A DNA stretch of 45,402 nucleotides, taken from the IMG/VR virus record IMGVR_UViG_3300046396_000018, positions 1 through 45,402 of that record; one strand, given 5' to 3'. How positions within the stretch are numbered: position 1 is the stretch's first letter; every line of letters begins with the position of its first letter. Position numbers and translations under genes: made by a program. This document shows, piece after piece, positions 36,189-44,715 of the stretch. The notes beneath the pieces were generated by a model that saw only the letters and a program-made list of their open reading frames with translations, made no database searches and was not told the origin of the DNA. This stretch comes from a virus. Its lineage: Duplodnaviria > Caudoviricetes.

Positions 36189-39100
36189 ATGGACCTCTCT
36201 GTCCCATCGCCACAGTACTCGGCGGATAATCCCTTTGCTCCACCCCCCGGGAAACGATACTCGCCCGATAATCCGTTTGCGGGACACGCTCTACGCCAGC
36301 CGAGTGATGATACTCGTGTTGATCATCCTGGCGCAGCACCACAGGATACCGGGATTCTCTCACGAATCGGGAGTAGTATCGTGGGTGCGGCAGAAGATAT
36401 CTATCACCATCCTTCACACCTCATTACGCAGCCCCTCGATGCCCTTGGGCGGACGTTCTTGGTGCCGGTGAAGGGTGAAGCCGTCGGTGATGTGGCACAG
36501 GGTCAGGCGGCCAATGCGGGCAATCTGGGCACCCCTGGTGGTGTTCCCATGGCGCCTAGTGCCGTGCACTCCTCGGGACAGACCCCGCAAGAGTTTCATC
36601 GGGCGGCCGCTGAGACGATCGCGAACGTTGGGGCTGGGGCTATAGGAGGGGAATTAGGGTCTCGCTTCGCTCCGACGGTTGGGAAGATTGCTGGGAAGGT
36701 GGCCGGTCGCACGGTGGCGAACGCGGCTACCGGAGCCATTTTGAATCCTACCGATCCCTTGGTCGGGGCGGCGACGAACGTGGCCACTGGGGAAGCGCTT
36801 CACCATACGGTCGGGGCGATTAAGTCTACCGGGTTTTTGGGCAATGTTAGTGATGAAGCCCGTAGTAATTATATGGCTGGGACAGTAGGGGAAGGGAATC
36901 GGATTCAAGCCTTCATTGATCCGAATACTCAAGTAGTTCACCCAAATGTAGCCGGGCATGGGATATCACTCGTCAAATCGGGAGGAGACTATTACTATGC
37001 TTCCCCCGATCCAAGTTCACCAGATACTTGGACAGTCCATGGTGTACTCAAACTCAATGCGAATAATGGGATTGAGCATCTTGCACTAAAGCCAGAATTA
37101 CAGGGTATAGGTCTCGCCCAAAGACTCCTCCAAGCAGCGACTAACGACGGCGTCACATTTGATCCGTCAAAAATGGGACCAGATATCTCCGACCAGGGGG
37201 CACGCGCCATCAATCGCTTCTTACAAGGGTCCGGAGATGGTCTCGAAGAACGCAACCTTGGCCCGCTGTCGAGTGCTACTCGTCAGAAGTTGGTCGACAT
37301 CAAGAATACCGCGCTCCACTCGCCCTTTGATCCGATTCGGGAACAATACCCCGATCTCACGGCCGCCGCCGAAGCAGCCCTCTCCGCGAAAGCGAACGCC
37401 CAGCATATTGGCCACGTCCAAACGCAATGGGTCACGGAAGGCTATAGCCCCGAGGAACAGACCGCGTTTGTCCGGCAGCTCCAAGCCGATCGCTTAAATC
37501 ACCTCGCGCAGACCGACCCGTCCGTCGCCCACAATCCCCAGTTTGCCAAGAACTTAGCCCAGATCCAATCTGAGATCCCCCCAGGTTTCGCGCAGAGTGA
37601 GGCGTTCCAGACCATGGCGGCGAAGCACAAAGCGTTGATCCTATCCCAAACGGAACCCGCCGCCGCCAATGCCGGACTCGCCCCCGATCGCTTTGCGAAT
37701 CTCCCCAATGGCTACCTCCGCTTAGTGGGCACGCAGAACGCCCCAGTAGGCACGTACGCGGAAGATGTCGGTGGGACTGGCCCTCGGCCTCTCCCAACGA
37801 CCAAAACGACCACCGCGGCCACGCCAGCGACCGGGACGGCCGATGCCTACTCACCAAGTTATGCTGATGCGGTGACGAAGGACGCCCAGGATAAGATCGT
37901 GAAGTCGGCCCAGAATCGGATCTATCAGGAAGTGGCGAAGGTCGGGACGCCGATCGACCCCACCGAAAGCGCTCCTGCGGGTCAGACGAAGATCATGTTC
38001 GATGATCGGGGAAACGTGATTGAGGACCCGAGCGCGGCGCGGATCACGTTAGCGGTGCCCGAGAAGGTGGCTATGGCTATGCGCCATGTCCAGAAGACCT
38101 TAACCGATGTCGGGCCGACCACCGAAGCCGGACTAGCGGCGAAGGCGATTGGCAAACTTGGGGCGAAAGCCGCGCTCATCGCCAATCCGGCGGCCGCGAC
38201 GACCCACATGAACACCCTCGCGAATGTCGTGGGATCCGTGCCCGAAGAAGGGAAACCGCTAAATAACTTGGTCGGGTTAGCCCCCTTTGGGACGAGTGCG
38301 AAAGGGGCGGGCGATATCGCCTCTGTGGATCGCACCGATCCTGGGACCCGGGCCTTGGAAGCCCGTCTATCGCGGATTGGCGCACTCCGGCCAGAAGATA
38401 CGAAGCCGACACCCGGTGAGTCATCCCTGCTCTCGAAACTCGGGGAGACGATCCAATCCAATATCCCCGAGGCGGTGAAAGCCCTCAACCCTCACGATCT
38501 GCTGTTTGGCGAGAATGGGGTAGATAAGCGGGCACGCCTCGCATTAGCCCAGAAGTACATCGACACCTACAAAGCCCGATTCGATGGCGCGGATCCGCCT
38601 GACGCCCAACTCCGACAGTTCGTTGTAAAAGGGGCCGGGGATTATATCAAGGGCGCGGGGGGGGCGCTGATCGATCATTTGCAGAACGCCCAGATGTCTC
38701 TCTTTGCCCGGATGGGGATTGCGCGGCTCTCGAATGCCGGACGGAAGATTGTCGGGAACTCTGGCCTCCCGGAAGCCACGGTCGGGCAAGCGATTGGGGA
38801 CCGGGCAGCGACCCTTACCCGAGGGGTCGGTGGCGCGGCCGTCGGGCTCACGTTACTCAACAACCTCTTTGCGGGGCATCCCTCGACCCAGAACGAACCC
38901 GGCCATGAGACTGACTTACAGGTCAGTACCGATAAAGACGGGAAGCCGGTGTATGTCCGAGGCGGGTTGATGTATCCGCTCGTTAATACCGCGATCAAAG
39001 GACTCGGGATCGGCTCACTCGCGCGCGGTGACGTAAAAGGTGCGGCGCGCGATCTGGTCAATACCGGCACGGGACTCGCCACGTCCGCCCCGATGCTCAA

Positions 39101-39620
39101 AGGGGCAATCGAAGGCGCGACCGGCCACCAACCATATTTCGATCGGGAAGGGAATATGGCTGCCGTGGGACACCCTGCGTTGAATGGCGGGGCCGATGTG
39201 GTCGGTCGGTTACGGACGGCGGCCACTGGGATGACGTCACTCGGACAAACCTTTGGGGACGTTGGACCGACCAAAAATCCTGGTATCCCCGCGCCTCTCA
39301 ATAAAGTGCTAGGGTTTGTCGCGCCCCCGATTACCTCGACGGCTACCCCAGGGAGCGAGGCGAGGATGGGCAAGCAGGATGTCAAGGCGTTTATGGACGA
39401 CCGGATCCAGCAGGTCTATCGGGCCGCTGGGGACAAAGCCAAGCAGGCCCAGATCATTCAGGATGCACTCGACGAAGCGCGGTCAAATAAGATGCCGATA
39501 GGCCAGTTTCAAGCCGATCTCCGACGGGCACAGGCAAAGAGCGGCAGTCCTGGCGCGATTCAGGCGGCCGCGAGACGCTACCAAGCGAAGTACGGTACGT
39601 CACCGAGCACCACGCCATGA
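36189..39620 (+). CDS. Large ejection/internal virion protein with an embedded GNAT-like module
   Basis: 1143 aa, YS.DNPFA x2 at N-terminus, Gly/Ala helices; IEHLALKPELQGIGLAQRLL GNAT motif A. Confidence 0.7.
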   Translation: MDLSVPSPQYSADNPFAPPPGKRYSPDNPFAGHALRQPSDDTRVDHPGAAPQDTGILSRIGSSIVGAAEDIYHHPSHLITQPLDALGRTFLVPVKGEAVGDVAQGQAANAGNLGTPGGVPMAPSAVHSSGQTPQEFHRAAAETIANVGAGAIGGELGSRFAPTVGKIAGKVAGRTVANAATGAILNPTDPLVGAATNVATGEALHHTVGAIKSTGFLGNVSDEARSNYMAGTVGEGNRIQAFIDPNTQVVHPNVAGHGISLVKSGGDYYYASPDPSSPDTWTVHGVLKLNANNGIEHLALKPELQGIGLAQRLLQAATNDGVTFDPSKMGPDISDQGARAINRFLQGSGDGLEERNLGPLSSATRQKLVDIKNTALHSPFDPIREQYPDLTAAAEAALSAKANAQHIGHVQTQWVTEGYSPEEQTAFVRQLQADRLNHLAQTDPSVAHNPQFAKNLAQIQSEIPPGFAQSEAFQTMAAKHKALILSQTEPAAANAGLAPDRFANLPNGYLRLVGTQNAPVGTYAEDVGGTGPRPLPTTKTTTAATPATGTADAYSPSYADAVTKDAQDKIVKSAQNRIYQEVAKVGTPIDPTESAPAGQTKIMFDDRGNVIEDPSAARITLAVPEKVAMAMRHVQKTLTDVGPTTEAGLAAKAIGKLGAKAALIANPAAATTHMNTLANVVGSVPEEGKPLNNLVGLAPFGTSAKGAGDIASVDRTDPGTRALEARLSRIGALRPEDTKPTPGESSLLSKLGETIQSNIPEAVKALNPHDLLFGENGVDKRARLALAQKYIDTYKARFDGADPPDAQLRQFVVKGAGDYIKGAGGALIDHLQNAQMSLFARMGIARLSNAGRKIVGNSGLPEATVGQAIGDRAATLTRGVGGAAVGLTLLNNLFAGHPSTQNEPGHETDLQVSTDKDGKPVYVRGGLMYPLVNTAIKGLGIGSLARGDVKGAARDLVNTGTGLATSAPMLKGAIEGATGHQPYFDREGNMAAVGHPALNGGADVVGRLRTAATGMTSLGQTFGDVGPTKNPGIPAPLNKVLGFVAPPITSTATPGSEARMGKQDVKAFMDDRIQQVYRAAGDKAKQAQIIQDALDEARSNKMPIGQFQADLRRAQAKSGSPGAIQAAARRYQAKYGTSPSTTP

Positions 39621-39740
39621 GGTCCGCATGAAGGTGGCGAGACTCGCGAGCGCTGCTTCTATGGCACCGAGCGCTCCACTGGCTGCGACCATAAGCAGTC
39701 CGCAGAGGATAAGTATGAGAATGTCATTGAGGAGCCACAT
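39600..39740 (-). CDS. 46-aa hydrophobic peptide (not in the ORF track)
   Basis: MWLLNDILILILCGLLMVAASGALGAIEAALASLATFMRTSWRGAR; GAGG lies only 1 nt from ATG, so a weak RBS. Confidence 0.45.
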   Translation of the reverse strand: MWLLNDILILILCGLLMVAASGALGAIEAALASLATFMRTSWRGAR

Positions 39741-39791
39741 ACCTCAAGTCTCGGTGCATTCCTCAAGACTGGGTAGCGAACAAAGTCCGTT

Positions 39792-39950
39792 TTATTTGGT
39801 GATCGCGCGAAATTCGTGGGTGAGCTGCCAATTTTTACGACGGATATCGGCTTCTCTCTTCGCTTGCTCAGGATCTCGCTTGGCCTTAGCTCTCTGCGCC
39901 TTCCTGATCTTCTTCCTCAACCACTCAGGTCTGTCTTTCATCCCTGCCAT
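39792..39950 (-). CDS. 52-aa Arg/Lys-rich protein (not in the ORF track)
   Basis: MAGMKDRPEWLRKKIRKAQRAKAKRDPEQAKREADIRRKNWQLTHEFRAITK; AGGAG RBS. Confidence 0.65.
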   Translation of the reverse strand: MAGMKDRPEWLRKKIRKAQRAKAKRDPEQAKREADIRRKNWQLTHEFRAITK

Positions 39951-39966
39951 CGTCTCTCCTGAACTC

Positions 39967-40178
39967 ACTTCCTTGGTGAATCCAGAAGCCGCCCCCTACC
40001 CCCAGAGGACCCTCAGCACTAGAGGGTCACCATCCAGTTCCCCAGCAGTCAGTGGCGGGACTAGGAAGGAGGGAGCGGAAGTAGCTGGTCTGGATTCACC
40101 GAAAGAAGTCATGACTTCCCCGGAGCCATCCGTCGCCGTTGCCCCACGATCTCTCGACCGTGCCCTCAATTTGGGCAC
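39967..40178. ncRNA. Putative structured RNA/DNA element
   Basis: ~20-bp stem 39967-39986/40089-40109 enclosing the GACCCTC/GAGGGTC hairpin; GAAGTCATGACTTC palindrome; GTGCCC/GGGCAC hairpin. Confidence 0.45.
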
Positions 40179-40196
40179 ACCAAAATCGCCCGTCAA

Positions 40197-40331
40197 TCGC
40201 GACAGTGATGTCGCCCAACTGGCGCCAGTGACGCCAGTATATATCTTACTGTCGCGACACCAGAAAAGCCTAAGTTATTATCATATATGGAGTTATAGAA
40301 ATCACTGGCGTTATAATGTCGCGACAGTGAC
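40197..40331. repeat. Cluster of CG(A/C)CAGT repeats in both orientations around an AT-rich core
   Basis: Copies at ~40197, 40221, 40231, 40317 (+) and ~40218, 40247, 40302 (-); AT-rich 40262-40300. Confidence 0.7.
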
Positions 40332-40343
40332 GAGGCAGTTGGT

Positions 40344-40574
40344 ATGCTAGCGGATACTGGCCAATCCCTCCCGCAGTTGGTCGTCTCCGTGGGATCACTC
40401 GTCCTCTCCAGCGGTACCCTCATGACGGCCGTCCTCCTCGCCCGACGGAAGGACGACATTTCTGGCGCGATCCAAGGCAAGGACGCCCTTCGGCAATGTG
40501 AACTCGACCGGGAGCGTTTAGAGCGCGAAAACGTGGCCTTACTGCGCCAACTCATGCAGGAGCACCACCCATGA
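40344..40574 (+). CDS. Single-TM plus coiled-coil protein (holin/antiholin-like)
   Basis: Hydrophobic N-half, charged C-half; first gene of the lysis cassette. Confidence 0.6.
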   Translation: MLADTGQSLPQLVVSVGSLVLSSGTLMTAVLLARRKDDISGAIQGKDALRQCELDRERLERENVALLRQLMQEHHP

Positions 40575-40678
40575 GCCTAATTGCCATCCTCATCGCGCTG
40601 GCCGTGGTCGCGCAAGCGGTGAGTCTCATTCTCTTGGTGCGGTTTGTTCGTCATACCACACCCCCAGAAAAGGACTAG
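40571..40678 (+). CDS. 35-aa single-TM peptide (not in the ORF track)
   Basis: MSLIAILIALAVVAQAVSLILLVRFVRHTTPPEKD; AGGAG RBS, ATGA coupling. Confidence 0.65.
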   Translation: MSLIAILIALAVVAQAVSLILLVRFVRHTTPPEKD

Positions 40679-40682
40679 CCTG

Positions 40683-41135
40683 ATGAACCACTCGAAGCCG
40701 CTCCTCCTCGTCGGGATTCTCTATGTCATCATCGTGCTCTGGCTGACCGTTGAACAACTCAGTGGCCACGTCTCGGTCATTGCGGATGATACGTACTTAC
40801 CCCGGGGCGTGGTCTACAACTGGCAAGCTATCCAAGTCTGGGGCCACTTTCTCACCGATAGCTGTCTCTGGGTCTGTAGTTGGTTGATCCCGGTCCAGCT
40901 CATGATACTATGGCGCCGGATGCCCTACACCCAAGGGATACAGCGGACCACGCTGATCGTGAGTTTCTCCGTCTTCGTCTTTGGGAGTGGGACGACGCGC
41001 GTGATGGACGTGATTAATCTCTGGGCACATTTCTACTGGGTGGATCTCTGGATCCGGTCGATTACGGCGCTCGCGGCGGTCACGACCGTCGTGATGCTCT
41101 GGCGCATTATCCCTAAGAAAGGAGCCCTCCCATGA
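40683..41135 (+). CDS. Four-TM protein homologous to the ethylene-receptor (ETR1-type) N-terminal membrane domain, metal ligands substituted
   Basis: H..TD.......IP..L, F..F...SGTTR.M....LW...YW....IR.ITA.....T...LW.IIPK..ALP. Confidence 0.75.
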   Translation: MNHSKPLLLVGILYVIIVLWLTVEQLSGHVSVIADDTYLPRGVVYNWQAIQVWGHFLTDSCLWVCSWLIPVQLMILWRRMPYTQGIQRTTLIVSFSVFVFGSGTTRVMDVINLWAHFYWVDLWIRSITALAAVTTVVMLWRIIPKKGALP

Positions 41136-41452
41136 CGCCAACGATCTGTTTAGAGATTACGTCCCTCATTTCGGTCCTCACGCTGGTCGGGATGTTGTTA
41201 TCACGGGCGATCGGGACCGGCTTCCAGCACGGCGAGTTGACGCGCTCTGTTAAAGAACTTGCGGCGGCTGTGATCGAGTTTAAGGATCTGTTTAAGGAAC
41301 ACGCCGGGCGGATCGAAGAGCACGAAGCCCGACTCGCTAAGCTAGAGTTCTGCCTCGACATCGATGGGAAGTCCATGGGTATTGTGCAGGACGTGGCCGA
41401 GATCCATCGCCGCCGTCAGCAGCGCCGACGGAATGGGGGGAACGAGTCGTGA
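41132..41452 (+). CDS. N-terminal TM plus coiled-coil protein (holin-associated)
   Basis: Hydrophobic N-terminus, RIEEHEARLAKLE. Confidence 0.65.
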   Translation: MTPTICLEITSLISVLTLVGMLLSRAIGTGFQHGELTRSVKELAAAVIEFKDLFKEHAGRIEEHEARLAKLEFCLDIDGKSMGIVQDVAEIHRRRQQRRRNGGNES

Positions 41453-41775
41453 AATGGCTGAATCTGACCGATGCGGAAGGGATGATCTTGAAGATCTTGG
41501 TAGGGTGTGTGGGGTTTCTATTAGTCGTCATCGCGGTGTGTATCTGTATGACGCGCAGTATTAAAGTCGAAGGAGGGTTTCTCTGGCCGATTATCGCTAT
41601 GATCTGTGGCTTTGCGGGGATTAGCTCTTTTGACTTCTCGCAATTCCGGAAGAGTGACTACGGCTTCGTGCGCGAGAAAGGGGAAGCGGATGCGAAAGTT
41701 GCGGCGGCGACCAAGGCGCCTACACCTTCTCCGGTCGTCCAACCCCCGGCAGCGGCCGTGGAGATCCATTCATGA
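41449..41775 (+). CDS. Two-TM holin candidate
   Basis: Two TM segments and a charged C-tail, upstream of endolysin. Confidence 0.6.
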   Translation: MKWLNLTDAEGMILKILVGCVGFLLVVIAVCICMTRSIKVEGGFLWPIIAMICGFAGISSFDFSQFRKSDYGFVREKGEADAKVAAATKAPTPSPVVQPPAAAVEIHS

Positions 41776-41784
41776 GGCCGAGCG

Positions 41785-42207
41785 ATGGACCAAGTCAGTT
41801 GGCGCGAGTACGTCGATGCCCGGTGCGATGCAATCGAGAAACGGATCGAGGCCGCCATGTTAGCTAATCGCGACCGGATTATCGCGACTGACAAAGCCAT
41901 CGACGCGGTCTTTGCCTCGATCAAGGAATCGGTGGCCAAGAAGGAGCAAGCCGACGACCGCCGCTTCGAGTCGGTGAACGAGTTTCGGTCGACCTTGTCG
42001 GACAGCGCCCGACTCGTTATGCCCCGGATCGAATCCGAGCGGATGCACCAATCCACGCACGAGAAGATCGAGGAATTGACCAAGCGCATGATCCGCTTCG
42101 AGGAACAAGGACGAGGCAGTCACCAAAGTTGGCAAACGATTGTGGCAGCGGCCGGGGTGATTATCCCCATTCTTTCGCTGATCTACCTCCTCACCAAATC
42201 ACACTGA
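41785..42207 (+). CDS. Coiled-coil protein with C-terminal TM (lysis-associated)
   Basis: REYVDAR...RFESVNEFR..L.D...; terminal hydrophobic segment. Confidence 0.65.
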   Translation: MDQVSWREYVDARCDAIEKRIEAAMLANRDRIIATDKAIDAVFASIKESVAKKEQADDRRFESVNEFRSTLSDSARLVMPRIESERMHQSTHEKIEELTKRMIRFEEQGRGSHQSWQTIVAAAGVIIPILSLIYLLTKSH

Positions 42208-42214
42208 GCGCCGT

Positions 42215-42625
42215 ATGAGCCTTACATGGGATTGTTCCGACGCGGATCTTGAGCCGCAATTCAAAGCCGATGTGGTCGACTTACTGACTAATAGCCCGTA
42301 TGACTGGCACATCGAGTACGGCTACCGCACCATCGCGGAGCAGACCAAGCTCTATGAAGCGCATCTCGCCGGTGGCCCGTTAGCCGCTCCGCCGGGGCAT
42401 TCGGCGCACAACTTCGGTCTCGCGGTCGACGTGCAATTGATCGTGGGCGGTGTGGCCGACTGGGATACCTCGCATCCGGGCTGGCAGTGGTTGTTTGCGG
42501 CAGTGCTCGCGGCCCCGAGACTGCACTCGGGACGCGGATTTGGCGACGACGATCATATTGAACGCGTCAACTGGCATCTGTACGAGCACTGGAACGATAC
42601 ACCGCCGACTCCGGTGGCAACATGA
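42215..42625 (+). CDS. Endolysin, peptidase M15 family
   Basis: GYRTIAEQTKLY...APPGHSAHNFGLAVD...DDDHIE zinc-peptidase motifs. Confidence 0.9.
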   Translation: MSLTWDCSDADLEPQFKADVVDLLTNSPYDWHIEYGYRTIAEQTKLYEAHLAGGPLAAPPGHSAHNFGLAVDVQLIVGGVADWDTSHPGWQWLFAAVLAAPRLHSGRGFGDDDHIERVNWHLYEHWNDTPPTPVAT

Positions 42626-43134
42626 CCGCCCTCTTGCTCCTCTTGAAGCCACACGCTGTGCTGATCGGTTCGTGTGTGATGCTCGCCGCGGGTAGTTTCT
42701 GGATTGGCTACGATCTCGGGAAACCCAAGACGCCACTCACCGTCCAGCAAGCCCAGCAGCAAGTAAAGCTGATGCACGACACGGTCAGTAAGACGGATAC
42801 ACTCGTCAAGCTCAAGACCAAAATACTGGCCCACACCGATACGACTTACCAACAGGTCCGCGACACCGTACTCAGGTACATCCACGATACCACGGTCGTG
42901 AAGCAATTCGTGCAAGCGTGCGATTCGCTCAAGTCGTCCTGTGATGCCTTCCGTACCGCTGCCCAATCCAAGTTCCACGCCGATAGCGGACTGGTTGCCG
43001 CACTGACGCAAGAAAACGTCGCGTGGAAGGCGTCTCGACCGTCCAGATTGCACACTGTGGCGACCACCATGCTGTATGCGGCGGTAGGTTTTGGACTCTG
43101 CAAAGCCGCTCCCTCGATTCCCTTCCTGCATTAA
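42622..43134 (+). CDS. Spanin-like protein
   Basis: N-terminal TM, coiled coil, C-terminal hydrophobic segment; directly after endolysin. Confidence 0.55.
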   Translation: MTALLLLLKPHAVLIGSCVMLAAGSFWIGYDLGKPKTPLTVQQAQQQVKLMHDTVSKTDTLVKLKTKILAHTDTTYQQVRDTVLRYIHDTTVVKQFVQACDSLKSSCDAFRTAAQSKFHADSGLVAALTQENVAWKASRPSRLHTVATTMLYAAVGFGLCKAAPSIPFLH

Positions 43135-43154
43135 CCTTTCACTCCGACCTCCTT

Positions 43155-44681
43155 ATGTTCACCAAATCCATTACGGCCTCCGGTCAGCAGGTCATCACGG
43201 ACGGGAATGACCAATTTTCCAGCTCGGTCACGATCCAAGTCCAAGGCTTGACCGCAGACTCTGGGGTGATGATGCCGCAGACTCGGGCCATCGTGAAGCT
43301 ACCGGCTGGCACCGCAGCCCCCTGGGTTAATACGACCTATACGAACCAAGCCACCGGGGCGGAAGTGGCCGCTGGGACCGCGATTACGGCGGATGGTATC
43401 TACAACATCGCCACCAATGGCTGTACACTGGGCATGAATGTGACGACCATCACGGCGGGCTGGAACGTCTTCGTGAGCCAGACTATCGGTGGTGGTGCTG
43501 GGGCTGGTGGTGGGGTGTCTGGCGGTTCCGTGAGCGTCTCCAACTTCCCTGCGACGCAAACCGTGACGCAAGCCACTGGTTCGTCGATCAAAGTGACCGA
43601 TGGGACGAATACGGCGACGGTGAAAGCGGCGAGCACCGAACCGATTGCCACGGATACAGCCGTGGTCGTGTCCCTCTCCCCCAATAGTGCCCCGGTCGAA
43701 CTGTCGGACGGGACGACAGAAGGCACCTTTAAGCCAGCGAGTACCCCTGCCCTAGCGACGGATACGGCGCTCGTCGTCGATCAAAGGCCGGGTACTACAG
43801 TCGCGGTCTCGGGGACCGTCGCTGTCTCGGGGACGACCACTATTGCGGGAAGTGCCTCGGATAACTCCACCGATTCCACCGCCAAGCTCCCAGTCATTCC
43901 CGCGGTGGCCAATGCGGCCGCGCCGACGTGGACCGAAGCGAATCAGGTCCCAATCTCCGTTGACTTAGCTGGGAATACCCGAATCATCGACGAGACACCG
44001 ACCCCCACGACCCCACTCCCGGTCAGTTGGAATGATTCGACCGGCACCAATATCGCTAGTGTGAAGGCGGCCAATACGGCGCCCGTTGCCGCGGATACCG
44101 CTGGGGTCGTCGCCATCTCGCCGAATAACTGGGTCGCGAACAATTCCACAGGGGCGAACGCCTCGCTCGCCCTCCCAGTGTATTCGGTCACCACGGGCCA
44201 GAATAGTGGTGTCCAGGCTCCTATCGCAACAGCGGGACGTGTTGGCGCCGGTGGGACAGGGAATACCAGTCTCTCGGTGGGTTCGATCCGGTCCAACGGC
44301 ACGACGTGGGACCCCGAGACCAACAATACCGGCGTTTCGCTCTTAGCGAGTGCGGCTAGGACAACGACCCAAACATCGGCCGATCTTATCAACTACAACG
44401 CGCGCGGTATTCACCTGATTCTGAATGTCACGTCGGCGGGGACGGGATCCATTACGATTAACATCAACGGGAAAGACCCGGCCTCGAATGCGTATTACAC
44501 GATTCTGACCGGGGCGGCCGTCGTGACCAACTCGTTGAATATCTACCGCGTCTTCCCCGGCCTCACGGCCGTCGCTAACGCGACCGTCAACGATGTGATT
44601 CCGCGCACGTTCCAGATTGTCGTGACCGCGAACAATGCGAACTCTGTCACGTATTCAGTCGGTTACCTCCTCATCGTATAG
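43155..44681 (+). CDS. Thr/Ala-rich virion fibre-type protein with a triple internal repeat (start revised to 43155)
   Basis: VKAASTEPIATDTAVVVSLSPN / FKPASTPALATDTALVV / VKAANTAPVAADTAGVVAISPN; beta-rich termini. Confidence 0.65.
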   Translation: MFTKSITASGQQVITDGNDQFSSSVTIQVQGLTADSGVMMPQTRAIVKLPAGTAAPWVNTTYTNQATGAEVAAGTAITADGIYNIATNGCTLGMNVTTITAGWNVFVSQTIGGGAGAGGGVSGGSVSVSNFPATQTVTQATGSSIKVTDGTNTATVKAASTEPIATDTAVVVSLSPNSAPVELSDGTTEGTFKPASTPALATDTALVVDQRPGTTVAVSGTVAVSGTTTIAGSASDNSTDSTAKLPVIPAVANAAAPTWTEANQVPISVDLAGNTRIIDETPTPTTPLPVSWNDSTGTNIASVKAANTAPVAADTAGVVAISPNNWVANNSTGANASLALPVYSVTTGQNSGVQAPIATAGRVGAGGTGNTSLSVGSIRSNGTTWDPETNNTGVSLLASAARTTTQTSADLINYNARGIHLILNVTSAGTGSITININGKDPASNAYYTILTGAAVVTNSLNIYRVFPGLTAVANATVNDVIPRTFQIVVTANNANSVTYSVGYLLIV

Positions 44682-44715
44682 TCCTTTCTTCCCTTTGCTA
44701 CAGAGTTCTCCTATT

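Noticed and set aside
40197-40331. Mini-CRISPR or protelomerase site
   Set aside because: Repeats are short, irregularly spaced and in mixed orientation; no long perfect palindrome or protelomerase gene
39628-40350. 240-aa + strand ORF
   Set aside because: Ser-rich implausible composition; overlaps better-supported - strand mini-genes and a repeat/hairpin region
42553-43131. 192-aa - strand ORF with TAAGGAGGT upstream
   Set aside because: SD is ~15 nt from the ATG and the ORF is the antisense shadow of the spanin-like gene
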